A DNA stretch of 64,000 bases, taken from Longimicrobiales bacterium (GTDB lineage: Bacteria > Gemmatimonadota > Gemmatimonadetes > Longimicrobiales > Gaopeijiaceae). A program made the translations under genes and the position numbers. The DNA lies in the NCBI GenBank assembly GCA_965198065.1, contig CBDAON010000004.1, positions 2,464,001-2,528,000 of the forward strand, read 5' to 3'. The notes beneath the pieces are model-generated. The model was not told the origin of the DNA. It worked only from the letters and a program-made list of their open reading frames with translations, and searched no databases. This document shows positions 1-10,101 of the stretch, piece after piece. Numbering within the stretch: position 1 is the stretch's first letter; the number at the start of each line of letters is the position of its first letter.

Positions 1-83
1 GAAGGGGAGAGACTCCGATCGGTCCGGCGACGCTCGCCGGTCGGGGCCGCACCGCGGAAGCCGCCCGTGCGCTCCCTGCCGCC

Positions 84-1214
84 TCAGTCGCCATCGCTGT
101 CGCTGAAGGTGATCGTGATCCCGAGCTGCGTGGACATCTCGCTCTTCAAGAGGACGACGAGCTCCCTCATCTCGTCGTACGCGGCCTCGGCCGTGGCCGG
201 GTCGTCAAGGACCGCGACCTCGAGCGGTCCGTCGATCGCGCGGAGGGCATCGAGCGCGGTGTCGAACTGACGGGAGATTCTCGCCGAGAGCCGCCCCTCG
301 CCCTCGGCGGGATCGAGGTAGTCCAGGTAGTCGTCCAGCCCGGCCTCGAAGGTTCGCCGGATCCCCTCGACGCTCGCGATCAGGAGCTCGAGCGAGCGCC
401 CACTCAAGGGGACTTCCACGTCTTCCGCCCGCGCGATCCCGTCCGTTGTCCGGCCCGTGGGACGGCCGAGCCAGTCCCTGGTCGCGATCTCGTGAAGCTC
501 GACCACGCGGTTGGCCAGGCGACTGATCGATCCCTGGACGTCCGCGCCGTCCGAATCGTTCTCCCGAAACGTCCGGACGTAGTTGTCGCCGTCCGGGGCC
601 CAGTGCGATCGGAGCTCCCCGGCCGTCCGCACGAGGGCTTCCGCGACCGCGCGCAGATACTCCGCCCGGGCCGGCTCCTCGACGAAGGATTCGACGACGG
701 TGCCGTCGGGGTCCTCGCTCGCCGGCTCGTCTAGGGGCGTGCTCCCGATGAAGATCAGATGCTCGATCGCGCCCAGCCCCTTCGACGTGGACCCGATCTC
801 GGCGATGAAGTCGGCGTCGATCGGCCCGGCCGTACCTGCGGCCCGTGCCGCGATCACCTCCTCGATGAAGTCGGCCCGAGCCGGCCGCCGCTCGATTGAG
901 TTGTGAATGATGAGGAGCCCCTCGAACTGAAAGAGCTGAACGGACCGCCACGCGAGGTCGGTCGCCAGCCAGCGCTCCCGGACGAGGACAAGCGACTCCC
1001 CCGACGGTTCCGCCGCGAACCGCGCGACGGCGCTGTCCAGCCGAGCCGCCTCGCGCACGAGGGCCTCGTGGGCCGGAAGGATCACGTTCATCCCGATCTC
1101 GTCCAGCATGGCACCACGGTCGAATCGCGGGCCGAAGCAGCCTCCAACGGCGACGGCAAGGACCAGAGTGCCGCTGGTCACGAGTCGGGGCGCGAGCTTC
1201 GAGGGCCGGCGCAT
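84..1214 (-). CDS. Imelysin (peptidase M75-like) family lipoprotein, iron-uptake associated
   Basis: Lipobox-like AVGGC, KGLGAIEHLIF (GxxAxE-type imelysin motif), C-terminal TFSDSDGD typical of the family; in an operon with DHOR. Confidence 0.85.
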   Translation of the reverse strand: MRRPSKLAPRLVTSGTLVLAVAVGGCFGPRFDRGAMLDEIGMNVILPAHEALVREAARLDSAVARFAAEPSGESLVLVRERWLATDLAWRSVQLFQFEGLLIIHNSIERRPARADFIEEVIAARAAGTAGPIDADFIAEIGSTSKGLGAIEHLIFIGSTPLDEPASEDPDGTVVESFVEEPARAEYLRAVAEALVRTAGELRSHWAPDGDNYVRTFRENDSDGADVQGSISRLANRVVELHEIATRDWLGRPTGRTTDGIARAEDVEVPLSGRSLELLIASVEGIRRTFEAGLDDYLDYLDPAEGEGRLSARISRQFDTALDALRAIDGPLEVAVLDDPATAEAAYDEMRELVVLLKSEMSTQLGITITFSDSDGD

Positions 1215-1218
1215 GGGC

Positions 1219-2604
1219 TCAGAGAGACTCGAGGAATCGGATCAGGGCGGCCCGCTCCCGGGCCTCGAGCCGAAGGAACCGCTCGCGCGCCCCGTCGGCC
1301 TCTCCCCCGTGCCAGACAATGGCCTCCGAGAGGGTGCGGGCGCGACCGTCGTGCAGATAATAGGCGTGTCCGTTCACCGCCTGGAAGAGCCCGATTCCCC
1401 AGAGAGGCGCCGTTCGCCATTCCTTCCCATCCGCCTCGAAGTCGGGGCGGCCGTCCGCCAGGCCCTCGCCCATGTCATGCAGGAGGAGGTCGGTGTAGAG
1501 ATGGATGGTCTGCCCCGATAGAGCCGGGAGGGAAGGGTGGTCTCCGGTTCGGAGTGTGGGGGTGTGGCACGAAGCGCACCCCGTCTCCAAGAAGGTCGCG
1601 TACCCCCGTGCGGCCGTTGGGTCGTCGGGGCCTCGCATGGCCGGAACGGCCAGGGAGCTGGCGTAGAGGACGACCTTCCGAAAGTCATCCTCCGGGATCT
1701 CCGGCTGGCCCCCACCCGGCGCGCGGCCGCACTCGGGCTGTTGGACCCCGCAGTCGTTCTCGGGAAAGAGGGGCGTCGTGATCCCCATGTCTCCGAGGAA
1801 GGCGCCGGCAGCCTGCTGGGCCACGGTCGGCTGGGACGCCTTCCACCCGAAACGGCCGATCACGGTGCGCCCGAGCTCTTCGTCCCAGACCCGGTTGGGC
1901 CGGCCGGAGATACCGTCGCCGTCCACATCGTCGGGATCCGCCCTCGAAACGATCTCCGACTCCGGGACGGCCTCGAGGAGCCCGAGCCCGATCATCTGGG
2001 GAGCGAGCCTCGCGGAAAGGAGAACGTCCGCGGTCAGGTCGCCGTACGAAAGGTCGGTCAGCGAGATCACCGGACGCCGGAGGGACCAGGGCGTGCCGTC
2101 GGCGTAGCTCCCCTCCACGGTCTCGTAACCGATCGTGACCCTCCCTTCTCGGGGGACTCCGGGGATCACCTGATCCTGGAGCTGACCGCCGTAGGTCGGC
2201 TCCGGGGCGGGGCCGCCCGGCCCCGTCCTCCCGGGCACGCTCAGGCGAACGAGGAGCCCGGTCCCGAGCTCCCCCGGGGCTTCCGGAGGACGGCCGCGCC
2301 CGTCCTTCAGGTGGCAGCCCGCGCAGGATCGGGCGTTGAAGAGGGGCCCCAGGCCGTCCCTCGCCTCGGTGGAGGCCGGCGCTCCGACCCAGTTCTGGTT
2401 GAAGAACGAGTTCCCGACGAAGAAGAGGAGCTCGCGATCGCGATCGAGCCCGGGCGCGGGCTGCGAGAAGGCGTTCGGCGTGGCGTCGAGGACCGTCGCC
2501 TGCCCGCCCAGGAGGAAGGGGGGGGACGGAGGCGGAGCGCTACACGCCGCGAGGATGGAGGCCAGGATCACCCAGGTGCGAGTCACACGACCGTGGGTTG
2601 GCAC
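1219..2604 (-). CDS. Di-haem oxidoreductase (DHOR) family c-type cytochrome lipoprotein
   Basis: Two CxxCH motifs (CAGCH, CASCH), DGLGPLFNARSC, GRFGWKA, YTDLLLHDMG, WRTAPLWG, LHDGRART; lipobox LAAC. Confidence 0.92.
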   Translation of the reverse strand: MPTHGRVTRTWVILASILAACSAPPPSPPFLLGGQATVLDATPNAFSQPAPGLDRDRELLFFVGNSFFNQNWVGAPASTEARDGLGPLFNARSCAGCHLKDGRGRPPEAPGELGTGLLVRLSVPGRTGPGGPAPEPTYGGQLQDQVIPGVPREGRVTIGYETVEGSYADGTPWSLRRPVISLTDLSYGDLTADVLLSARLAPQMIGLGLLEAVPESEIVSRADPDDVDGDGISGRPNRVWDEELGRTVIGRFGWKASQPTVAQQAAGAFLGDMGITTPLFPENDCGVQQPECGRAPGGGQPEIPEDDFRKVVLYASSLAVPAMRGPDDPTAARGYATFLETGCASCHTPTLRTGDHPSLPALSGQTIHLYTDLLLHDMGEGLADGRPDFEADGKEWRTAPLWGIGLFQAVNGHAYYLHDGRARTLSEAIVWHGGEADGARERFLRLEARERAALIRFLESL

Positions 2605-2607
2605 CGG

Positions 2608-3793
2608 TCACCCGGGAAGCGCCGTATTGATCGTGAGCCCCATGACGGTCCCCGCCTCCGCGATACGATCCCCCAGGTCCTGGAGGAGGTAGACGGCCTC
2701 CAGCACGGAGGGACGGGAGGCCGGGTCCACGATCGCGCGATCGAACGGCACGGGAATCCGCTCGATCGCGTCCGCGGCGCCGCTCGCGAGCGTATGCATC
2801 TCGGCCGATAGCTCGGGGTCCGCGCGCTCGATCAGCGCCAGCATCCCCGGACCCTCGATCACTGTTCCTTCGGTCCGCAGGTACCGTCCGTACAGCACGT
2901 TCCGGATCCCGCTCCAGTTCGCGAGGATGTCCCGGTGTGTGTTGTCGGAGAAGCAGGAGTGCTCGTCTTCCTGGTCCTGGTTGTCGTACGCAGTGAACAT
3001 TCGCTCACCCGCGAGTTCCGATTTGGAGAGGACTCCGATCCCCACGAGCATTCTGCGGACAGCCTCGCCCGACTCGAGCGCGGAGAGGGAAGCCCGATAG
3101 TTGTTGGCCTCCCCGGGCGCCCATTCGGCGACCAGCCCCTCCAGCTGCTCCACCAGGAGCGCGCTCACGACCGACAGATACCGGGCCCGCCGCTCCGCGT
3201 TCGGCGCCTCGCCCGCCACGTAGTCCGTGTGACTCCGCTCGCCGGGTCCGCTTGGGCTCAGGTCCTGCCCCCAGAGGAGGAACTCGATCGCGTGAAAGCC
3301 CGTGCTGATGTTCTTCGGCTCCCGCTTCGTTCAGCGAGGTCAGGAGCTCCCGGTCGACGACGGGATACGCTTCCGGCTGGTTTATGATTCCGCTCTCCGG
3401 CGCGCCCCGGACGTAATCCACGTACCCCTCGTCCAGGGGCCACGCGTTCAGGAGCGTCTCAGGGCCACCCACCCGATCGATGGGTTCCCCGTAGAAGCGG
3501 AAGCCTCGGTTTGTCCGTAAGGCTCCCGGGCCGCGAGCCAGGCGGCACGAGCGCTCCGGAGCGTCGCTTCCGTGGGTGAGGCCACCAGGGCCTGAATCGC
3601 GTTGTCCAGGGCCTCCGCGGCCCGAAACGAGTCCTCGTAGCTCGCATGGGCGATGGACGAGTAGGTCTCGATCACGGCCACGCGGAGCGACTCGAGCGCG
3701 GCCGAGTCGTCGTCGCACCCGCCGAGCGGGAACGTCAGGACGCACCCCGATGCCACACCAAACGGAGATTCTGAGACTGAGAATCGTTCTCAC
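2608..3793 (-). pseudogene. Imelysin/IrpA-like iron-regulated lipoprotein, frameshifted in this sequence
   Basis: Family motifs are spread over different frames: AWLAAREPYGQTE | FRFYGEPID..LNAWPLDEGYVDYV | STGFHAIEFLLWGQDL..EDEHSCFSDNTHRD. Single-base losses near 3502 and 3312, and probably a shift near 3750. May be intact in vivo. Confidence 0.8.
3778..3792. promoter_or_regulatory. Putative Fur box (7-1-7 inverted repeat) over the start of the imelysin operon
   Basis: TGAGAAT-C-GTTCTCA, close to TGATAATNATTATCA; AT-rich island in GC-rich DNA at the 5' end of iron-uptake genes. Confidence 0.7.
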
Positions 3794-3811
3794 ATCCGCC
3801 ACGATTGGGTT

Positions 3812-3841
3812 ATCCTAGACGTCCAGGGCCCTCCGGGTCAA
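3812..3841 (-). promoter_or_regulatory. Sigma70-like promoter of the imelysin operon
   Basis: TTGACC-18 nt-TAGGAT on the minus strand, ~20 nt upstream of the Fur-like box. Confidence 0.55.
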
Positions 3842-3860
3842 GGCTTCACGGTACCGGCGG

Positions 3861-5213
3861 TTAGGGTGCCTCGGCGACCAGAAGCTCCCGGAGCTCATCC
3901 GGGTTAGGCCCGAGGCGGACCGTAGCCTCCTCGGCCGCGCGCCAGAGCGGGGAGCCGGCGTCCCAGTCACCGCGTTCGCTCCAGTCGGGCCGTTCGTCGG
4001 GGCTCTGTCCCGTGGCGCGCTGAACCGTGTCCGGAAACTTCGCGGGATCCGCGGTGGATGAGGAGGAGGCCGGGGCCCGGTCCCCCTTCGGTGCGGGCGG
4101 CCTCGAGACCCAGGTATCCCACGGCCGTGTGGGGATCCATCAGATAGCCGCGCTCACGGAGCACGCGGTCCATCGCCGCGAGCACGGCTGCGTCCTCGTG
4201 TCGGGTGGCGAGGATACGAGCGCGAAGGGCGGAGACATCCTGTCCGTAGACGACGAGAAGGCGCTCCAGGTTACTCGGGCGGGCCACGTCCATGGCGCTC
4301 GACACAGTCTGGACGGAGGGCTCGTCGGTGAGCGCTCCGCTCTGGTAGAAGCGCTTCATGGCGGCGTTCACGTTGCTCGCGGCCACGAACGTACCGAACG
4401 GGACGCCCATCTCGGCGGCCAGCACCCCCGCCGTCAGGTTTCCGAGGTTCCCCGACGGAACGCACTGACCGTCACGCCCTCTCGCGCGTCTCTGGGGAGC
4501 GAGCTCCATCCGTAGACGTAGTAGAAAGCCTGGGGAACGAGCCGCCCCACGTTCACCGAGTTCGCTGACGTCAGTGTTGCCTCGATTCCGAGACAGGGGC
4601 GGGCCAGAATGTCCTTTACCATCCGCTGACAGTCGTCGAAGGTCCCGTCGATCTCCACCGGGATCACCCCTGCATCGGGCTCGCCGTCCCAGGTGGCCGG
4701 CTCCTGGATCTGGCGCCGCTGCACTTCGCTCAGGCGGTCGAGGACGACGACCCGAACGCCCGGGAGCCTGTGTACGGCGTGAGCGACGGCCCCTCCCGTG
4801 TCGCCCGACGTGGCAACGAGAATGAGGATCGGACCCTCGCTGGGAGAGCGAAGCTCGGAGAGCAGGCGAGCCAGAAAGCGGGCCCCGAAGTCCTTGAACG
4901 ATCCCGTCGGTCCGTGGAAGAGCTCGAGGATCCACGTGGCCGGATCCAGCTGGACGACAGGGAGGGGGAAGTCGAAGGCGCTCTCCGATATCCTCCGGAT
5001 CACGTCGTCCGACAACGCCGAACCGAACGAACGGAGCGCCAGGTGCTCAGCCAGCCTGGGGAAAGGCCACCCGACGATCTCCTCGAGTTCCCGCGGAGCC
5101 AGCCGGGGCAGGTCCGTAGGCTGGTAGAGGGCACCGTTCGGAGCCGGGTCGTCCAACACCGCGCGCCGGAGCCTGACCTCGGTGAAGGGCGGGCGCGTGG
5201 ACACCAACTTCAC
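3861..5213 (-). pseudogene. thrC: Threonine synthase, two frameshifts in this sequence
   Basis: PLP-lysine motif ELFHGPTGSFKDFG, ATSGDTG, SANSVNVGRL, then VPSGNLGN, DPHTAVG and STADPAKF in other frames (shifts near 4462 and 4059); GTGA overlap with the thrB stop. Confidence 0.88.
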
Positions 5214-6175
5214 GCGGCTTCCTCTCCTCCCGACCCTTCCACTCGTGCTCCCCGAGGAGAGACGGGTGACAGATGGACAGACGCCCGGAGCCCGGTCGTG
5301 GCGGCGAAGGCACTCTCCATCGCGGTCGCGACGGCTTCGGCGCTCTCGGAGCCGCGGCACAGGGAGAGCATGGCGGGCCCCGCCCCCGAGATCCCGCAGG
5401 CGAGAGCTCCCGCCTCGAGCGCCGCCGTCCGGACCGCTTCGAACCCCGGGATTAGGTGTGCGCGGCGGGGCTCCGCCACCCCGTCCACGAGCGACTCGCG
5501 GAGGAGCTCCCAGTCGCCCTCGTGCAGGGCGTGCACGAAGGCGGCAGTCCTTCCCCACTGGCCCACGGCCTCGGCGAGAGAAACGGTGTTCCCGAGCGCC
5601 TTCCGCGCCGCGCGGGTGCTCACCCGGATCTCGGGGTGGAGGAGCGCCACGTGCAGCCCGTCCGGGATCGGGAGTCGAACCACGGGTCGGGAGGACGAGG
5701 GTCCCACAAGCACGAGGCCGCCGTAGAGGGCCGGGGCCACGTTATCCAGGTGGGGGCCGCCGGAGACCGCGGCTTCGCCCTCGGTCGAGCACCGGAGGAG
5801 AAACTCGAGCGACGCCCCGGTCCCAAGGAGCGCGTCCGCCGCGACGACGCCCGCGACTGCGCTGGCCGCGCTCCCGCCCATCCCGCCCGAGAGGGGGAGC
5901 CCCTTCACGATCGAGACCTCAATCCCGTCGCTCTCCCGTCCGGTGGCCTTGAGGAGCGCTCGGATGGCCACCGTGGCGGAGTTCCTCCGAGGGTCCTTCG
6001 GGATGCGCCCTCCGTCCCCGGAGATGCCCGTGATCCGGAGGCCCGGCCGGTCGCTCGACCGGGCCGTGACCCGGTCTCCTGGGGCCTCGAGCGCCAGCCC
6101 GAAGATATCGAAGCCGCAGATCACGTTCCCTACCGTGGCCGGAGCGAACGCCGTCTGGACCGCGTCAGGACTCAT
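5210..6175 (-). CDS. thrB: Homoserine kinase
   Basis: APATVGNVICGFD, GHMP motif KGLPLSGGMGGSAAS, HLDNVAP, ISGAGP. Confidence 0.95.
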   Translation of the reverse strand: MSPDAVQTAFAPATVGNVICGFDIFGLALEAPGDRVTARSSDRPGLRITGISGDGGRIPKDPRRNSATVAIRALLKATGRESDGIEVSIVKGLPLSGGMGGSAASAVAGVVAADALLGTGASLEFLLRCSTEGEAAVSGGPHLDNVAPALYGGLVLVGPSSSRPVVRLPIPDGLHVALLHPEIRVSTRAARKALGNTVSLAEAVGQWGRTAAFVHALHEGDWELLRESLVDGVAEPRRAHLIPGFEAVRTAALEAGALACGISGAGPAMLSLCRGSESAEAVATAMESAFAATTGLRASVHLSPVSPRGARVEGSGGEEAA

Positions 6176-8681
6176 CGAACGGCTTCCGGAGCCCGTGGGT
6201 TACCCGCTCCGCCGCGAACACCACGTCCGTCATGAGACCGGCCGCGGTGACCTTCGCACCGGCGCCCGGCCCCTGGATAAGCATGGGGTGCGTCGTGTAC
6301 CGGAGCGAACGGATCTCGAGCACGTTTTCGGTGCCGCGTATGCGAGCCGCTGGCTGGTCCAGCGGGACCTCGACCATCCTCACCTCGGCCCCGGACTCGT
6401 CCACCCGTGCCACCGTGGCGAGCCGACAGCCCTTCACGGCGGCTTCCTGGCTCTTCTGGGCGAACTCGTCGTCCAGCTCCGGCAGGAGGTCCATGAACGC
6501 CTCCACGGACGGCGCCTCGAAGAGCCGTAGCGGGAGGATCGGGTCCACACGCACGTCACCGGGATCGATCTCGAAGCCGGCCGTGCGGCCGAGGATGACG
6601 ATCTTACGGAGAACGTCCGTCAGCCCCAAGTCGTCCCTCGGATCGGGCTCGGAGATCCCCCGCTCCTTGGCTTCCCGGACGGCCTCACTGAACGGCTTTC
6701 CGCGATTCACCTCGTCGAAGAGGAACGTGAGCGTTCCGGAGAGCACGCCCGACATCTCCGTGATCCTGTCGCCGCTCCGCCTCAGCTCCGCCACCGTCCG
6801 GACGATCGGGAGACCCGCTCCCACGGTGGTCTCGTGGTGGATGCCCCGGCCTCCCTGCGCGGCTCGCAGGAGCTCCTTGTATTCCTGGGACGAACGGGAG
6901 AAAGCGATCTTGTTGGCCGTGACGACCGCGGCGCCGAGCTTGAGGAAATGGGCGTAACGCCCGGCCACCTCTGCGCTCGCGGTACAATCGACGACCACGA
7001 GGGGGTCGCCTGTCACGATGTCGTCCACGAGCGTCGCGGGGCTTTGCTTCCCCCCGTCCAGGAGCTCCCGCCAGCGGGACGGGTCCAGCCCCTCCAGGTC
7101 GGCGATCGCCCGGGAGCTGTTCGCGATGCCCACCAGCACGGGTCGGATCGAATGAGGCGCCAGCGCGTCCGCGGCGTGCTCGCCGATCTGCGCGAGGAGC
7201 GCTCCACCCACGCTCCCGACGCCCAGGACCGCGATCCGCACCGGGTAGAGCTCGCCAGGAGGGGCGAAGAACGCGCGATGGACCGCGCGGAGAGCAGGCC
7301 CTTCCTGCCTGGCGGCCACGACCCAGGAGATGTTCCGCTCGGAGGAGCCCTGGGCCACGCCGTCCACGTTCACCTTCGCGGCACCCAGCGTTGAGAATAG
7401 GCGCCCGGCAATCCCCGGGGTGTCCCGCATGCCCTCTCCGACGATCGCGAGGACGGATCGATCCTCCTCCATCACGGGATCGCGGAGCAGCCCGGCCTCC
7501 CTTTCGCGCCGGAATTCCGCCTCGATGGCGGTGACTGCGCGACCCATCCGGTTCCTGGGCACCGCGAAGGACACGGAGTGCGCGCTCGAGTCCTGCGTGA
7601 AGAGGAGCGAGTCCACGTCCGCTGCTCGGAGGGCGCGAAAGAGCCGCTCGCACGTTTCGGTAGTTCCGAGGGACTCGACCCCCTCCAGGCGGATGAGCAC
7701 GACGTCGCGGATGGCCGACATCCCACGGACCGGGTGATAGGGATCCCGCTCCTGCCGTTCCATGACGAGGGTCCCCGGCAGCGTGGGATCGATCGTGCTA
7801 CGGATCCGCAGGGGAATCCCCGCCTTCCGGGCCGGCTCCACGGCCGGCGCGCAGATGACCTCGGCTCCGAAGTGCGCGAGCTCCAGGAGCTCCTCGTATC
7901 CGATCTCCCGGATCGGCCGCGCGTCGGGCACGGCCCTTGGGTCGGCGGTGAGGACGCCGTCCACGTCAGTCCAGATCTCCACCCGCTCCGCGCGGAGGGC
8001 CGCCCCGACGAGGGTGGCTGTGTAATCTGAGGCCCCCCGCCCGAGCGTCGTGGTCTCTCCCCCAGCCGTCGCTCCGATGAATCCAGTGACCACCGGAACG
8101 CCCGAGCTTCCCGGGAGATCAGCCCGGATCCGCTCGTGCGAGAGCTTCGAGTCCACCCGCGCCGACCCGAAGCGATCGTCTGTGGCCACGAGTCGCCGGG
8201 CGTCCACGTCCCGGGCCGGGGTCCCCTGGGCACGCAGGCATGCGGCGACCAGCATGGAGGAGAGGAGCTCCCCGTAGGCCAACAGGCGGTCCCGGGTGCG
8301 GGGGCTGCACTCGCCCAGGAGCTCGGCCCCGCGTGCTAGCCTCCGGATGTCCTCGAAGGCTTCGGAAAGGCGGGCCTCGAGCGCCGCACGCTCCTCGGGC
8401 GCGGCCACGCCGGCCAACACCTCCCGGTGCCGGTCCTCGAGCTCCCGAACGCGGTCCTCGTAGGCGGGAGAGCCCCCACCGGCCAGGTCCGCGATCGCGA
8501 CGAGCACGTCCGTCGTCCCCCCCAACGCCGACACGACGACCACGGGGTTCGACTCCCGACGTGCGCGCGCGACGAGCCCGGTGATCGACCGGATCCGGTC
8601 GGGGTCGCTGAGGGAGCTACCTCCAAACTTGAGGACCCGCGTTGCGGGCGTGACCGCTTGATTCACGATTGGCTCATCCAT
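6165..8681 (-). CDS. thrA: Bifunctional aspartokinase/homoserine dehydrogenase I
   Basis: VLKFGGSS, TTLGRGASDYTA, IWTDVDG, ACT domains (QGSSERNIS), HSDH motifs GVGSVG, TANK, ETTVGAGLP, GPGAG. ATG at 8681 chosen as start. Confidence 0.95.
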   Translation of the reverse strand: MDEPIVNQAVTPATRVLKFGGSSLSDPDRIRSITGLVARARRESNPVVVVSALGGTTDVLVAIADLAGGGSPAYEDRVRELEDRHREVLAGVAAPEERAALEARLSEAFEDIRRLARGAELLGECSPRTRDRLLAYGELLSSMLVAACLRAQGTPARDVDARRLVATDDRFGSARVDSKLSHERIRADLPGSSGVPVVTGFIGATAGGETTTLGRGASDYTATLVGAALRAERVEIWTDVDGVLTADPRAVPDARPIREIGYEELLELAHFGAEVICAPAVEPARKAGIPLRIRSTIDPTLPGTLVMERQERDPYHPVRGMSAIRDVVLIRLEGVESLGTTETCERLFRALRAADVDSLLFTQDSSAHSVSFAVPRNRMGRAVTAIEAEFRREREAGLLRDPVMEEDRSVLAIVGEGMRDTPGIAGRLFSTLGAAKVNVDGVAQGSSERNISWVVAARQEGPALRAVHRAFFAPPGELYPVRIAVLGVGSVGGALLAQIGEHAADALAPHSIRPVLVGIANSSRAIADLEGLDPSRWRELLDGGKQSPATLVDDIVTGDPLVVVDCTASAEVAGRYAHFLKLGAAVVTANKIAFSRSSQEYKELLRAAQGGRGIHHETTVGAGLPIVRTVAELRRSGDRITEMSGVLSGTLTFLFDEVNRGKPFSEAVREAKERGISEPDPRDDLGLTDVLRKIVILGRTAGFEIDPGDVRVDPILPLRLFEAPSVEAFMDLLPELDDEFAQKSQEAAVKGCRLATVARVDESGAEVRMVEVPLDQPAARIRGTENVLEIRSLRYTTHPMLIQGPGAGAKVTAAGLMTDVVFAAERVTHGLRKPFDES

Positions 8682-8685
8682 GAGC

Positions 8686-8719
8686 AAAAAATCACCCCGA
8701 CCTGTTCAGGTCCGGGGCG
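8686..8719 (-). terminator. Attenuator terminator hairpin upstream of thrA
   Basis: Minus strand CGCCCC(G)GACCTG-AA-CAGGTCGGGGTG followed by ATTTTTT; its 3' arm GGGGTGAT is also the only SD-like sequence for thrA. Confidence 0.8.
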
Positions 8720-8755
8720 GGGCGTCGACCTATGTTCTGAGCAGCGAATCTCAGA

Positions 8756-8857
8756 TCACGGTCGTGCGCCTTCCCGGCCCCCCCCCGTCGTCGCGGAGGT
8801 GGTGAGCCGGCATGTCGTGCCCGTGGCGCCGAAAATCTCGCTGTCCCGGAATTGCAT
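8756..8857 (-). CDS. thrL: thr operon leader peptide (33 aa, 7 Thr)
   Basis: MQFRDSEIFGATGTTCRLTTSATTGGGREGARP immediately upstream of the terminator and thrA; TTGACA at 8890-8895 upstream; alternative ATG at 8866. Confidence 0.75.
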   Translation of the reverse strand: MQFRDSEIFGATGTTCRLTTSATTGGGREGARP

Positions 8858-8971
8858 GACTGACATGTATCGCCCCCCGGCCCCACGGGTGTCAAGGGCA
8901 GGAGGCTGCCCCGGGAGTGGGTCCGAAGCGACGCCCATCCGCCCGGCGGCGAGGCCCACCCTCGTCCCGGC

Positions 8972-9000
8972 TTGAGTCAGCCGCCCGGGATGCGTAAAGT
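8972..9000 (+). promoter_or_regulatory. Sigma70-like promoter
   Basis: TTGAGT-17 nt-TAAAGT, 40 nt before the ATG at 9040. Confidence 0.55.
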
Positions 9001-9039
9001 TGTTCAGATGCAGCGGATCCCCGAGGCACCCCGGAGCCC

Positions 9040-9600
9040 ATGACCGAACCTCCGCGCACCCCCCCCGAGCCTGAGTCGCCGCGGTCTAGCGGCGAGGACG
9101 GCTCTCCTCGCGGCGAGGCGGCCCCCTCGCGGCGTCCCGAGGACGTGGCTTCGCTGGTCCGCACTATCCAGAAGGACGCGGCGGAGCGCGAGCAGGTCCG
9201 ACGTACCCCCTCCCCCCGCGGGCGACAGTCCCGGTGGTGGTACTTTGCGCTCGTGTTCACGTTGGGCGCGAACCTGTACGTATGGATCGGGCAGCCGGAC
9301 TGGGTGGTCGGTGCGCCGACTGGGCCCCAGACCGCGGCCGAGGAAGAGGGCATCCTCCGCTTCCGGATGTACGTGCAGGGCCAACGGATCGAAGCGTACT
9401 GGCGTGAGAACGGGGCGTTCCCCGAGCGGTTGGAGGACACCGGGGAGCCGCTCGAGGGGATGCGGTACCAGCGCACGGGCCCGGACTCTTGGGAGCTCCT
9501 GGGGGAGATGGGCCAAGCCGGCTTGATCCTGCGCTCCTCCATGTCCATGGGCGAGTTCATCGGGAATTATCAGGAACCGTTGGGAGTGGATGGAGCCTGA
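9040..9600 (+). CDS. Hypothetical single-TM membrane protein with pseudopilin-like C-terminal segment
   Basis: Disordered N-terminus, TM WWYFALVFTLGANLYVWIG, then RIEAYWRENGAFPERLEDTG, reminiscent of GspG-type helices; SD GGAG. Confidence 0.65.
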   Translation: MTEPPRTPPEPESPRSSGEDGSPRGEAAPSRRPEDVASLVRTIQKDAAEREQVRRTPSPRGRQSRWWYFALVFTLGANLYVWIGQPDWVVGAPTGPQTAAEEEGILRFRMYVQGQRIEAYWRENGAFPERLEDTGEPLEGMRYQRTGPDSWELLGEMGQAGLILRSSMSMGEFIGNYQEPLGVDGA

Positions 9601-10070
9601 GGCCCCCGGGAGCGCGCCGAACCCGCTCCCTGTTCTCCCGCCGCTCGTCTTTCTCCTCGTCGCGCTGCTTCTTCTGGGGGTCGCGCTCCCCCGCGTCAGG
9701 AGCAATCCAGGCTGGAGACATCGCCTCGGAGGCGTTTCGGGACGTCAGCGCGCTCCGGAGCGCGGCATCGGCCTACCTCCTCGCCCACGGAGACTGGCCG
9801 CCGGGGATCTCTGCCGCGGAAGGGCCCGGCCCCCTCGCGCCCTACCTCCCCTCCGGCTTCTCGTTTCGGAAGGAGCGATACGAAGTGAGCTGGAAGCACT
9901 GGCCCCTTCCCGGAGGGCTCCCACCGGGAGGGGACTCCGTGTCCGTGGTCGGCGTCTCCCTGCGCACTCCGAGTGCGGCCGTATCGAGCGGAGTCGTTCG
10001 AGCCTTGGGCGCCGGGGTCGGTCGGTTTACCGTCGGAGAGACCACGACGATCATCCTCGAAGGGCTGTAG
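9590..10070 (+). CDS. Pilin-like membrane protein, frameshift near 9700
   Basis: Hydrophobic LVFLLVALLLLGVALPRVR in one frame continues as AIQAGDIASEAFRDVSALRSAASAYLLAHGDWP in the next; helix pattern resembles type IV pilins; no GFxxxE motif. Confidence 0.55.
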
Positions 10071-10101
10071 CGCCAGCTCGGCCCGACACGCTTCCCGATC
10101 C

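Noticed and set aside
3300..3510. Programmed frameshifting in the imelysin gene
   Set aside because: No slippery heptamer or stimulatory structure; multiple neighbouring indels point to error or decay.
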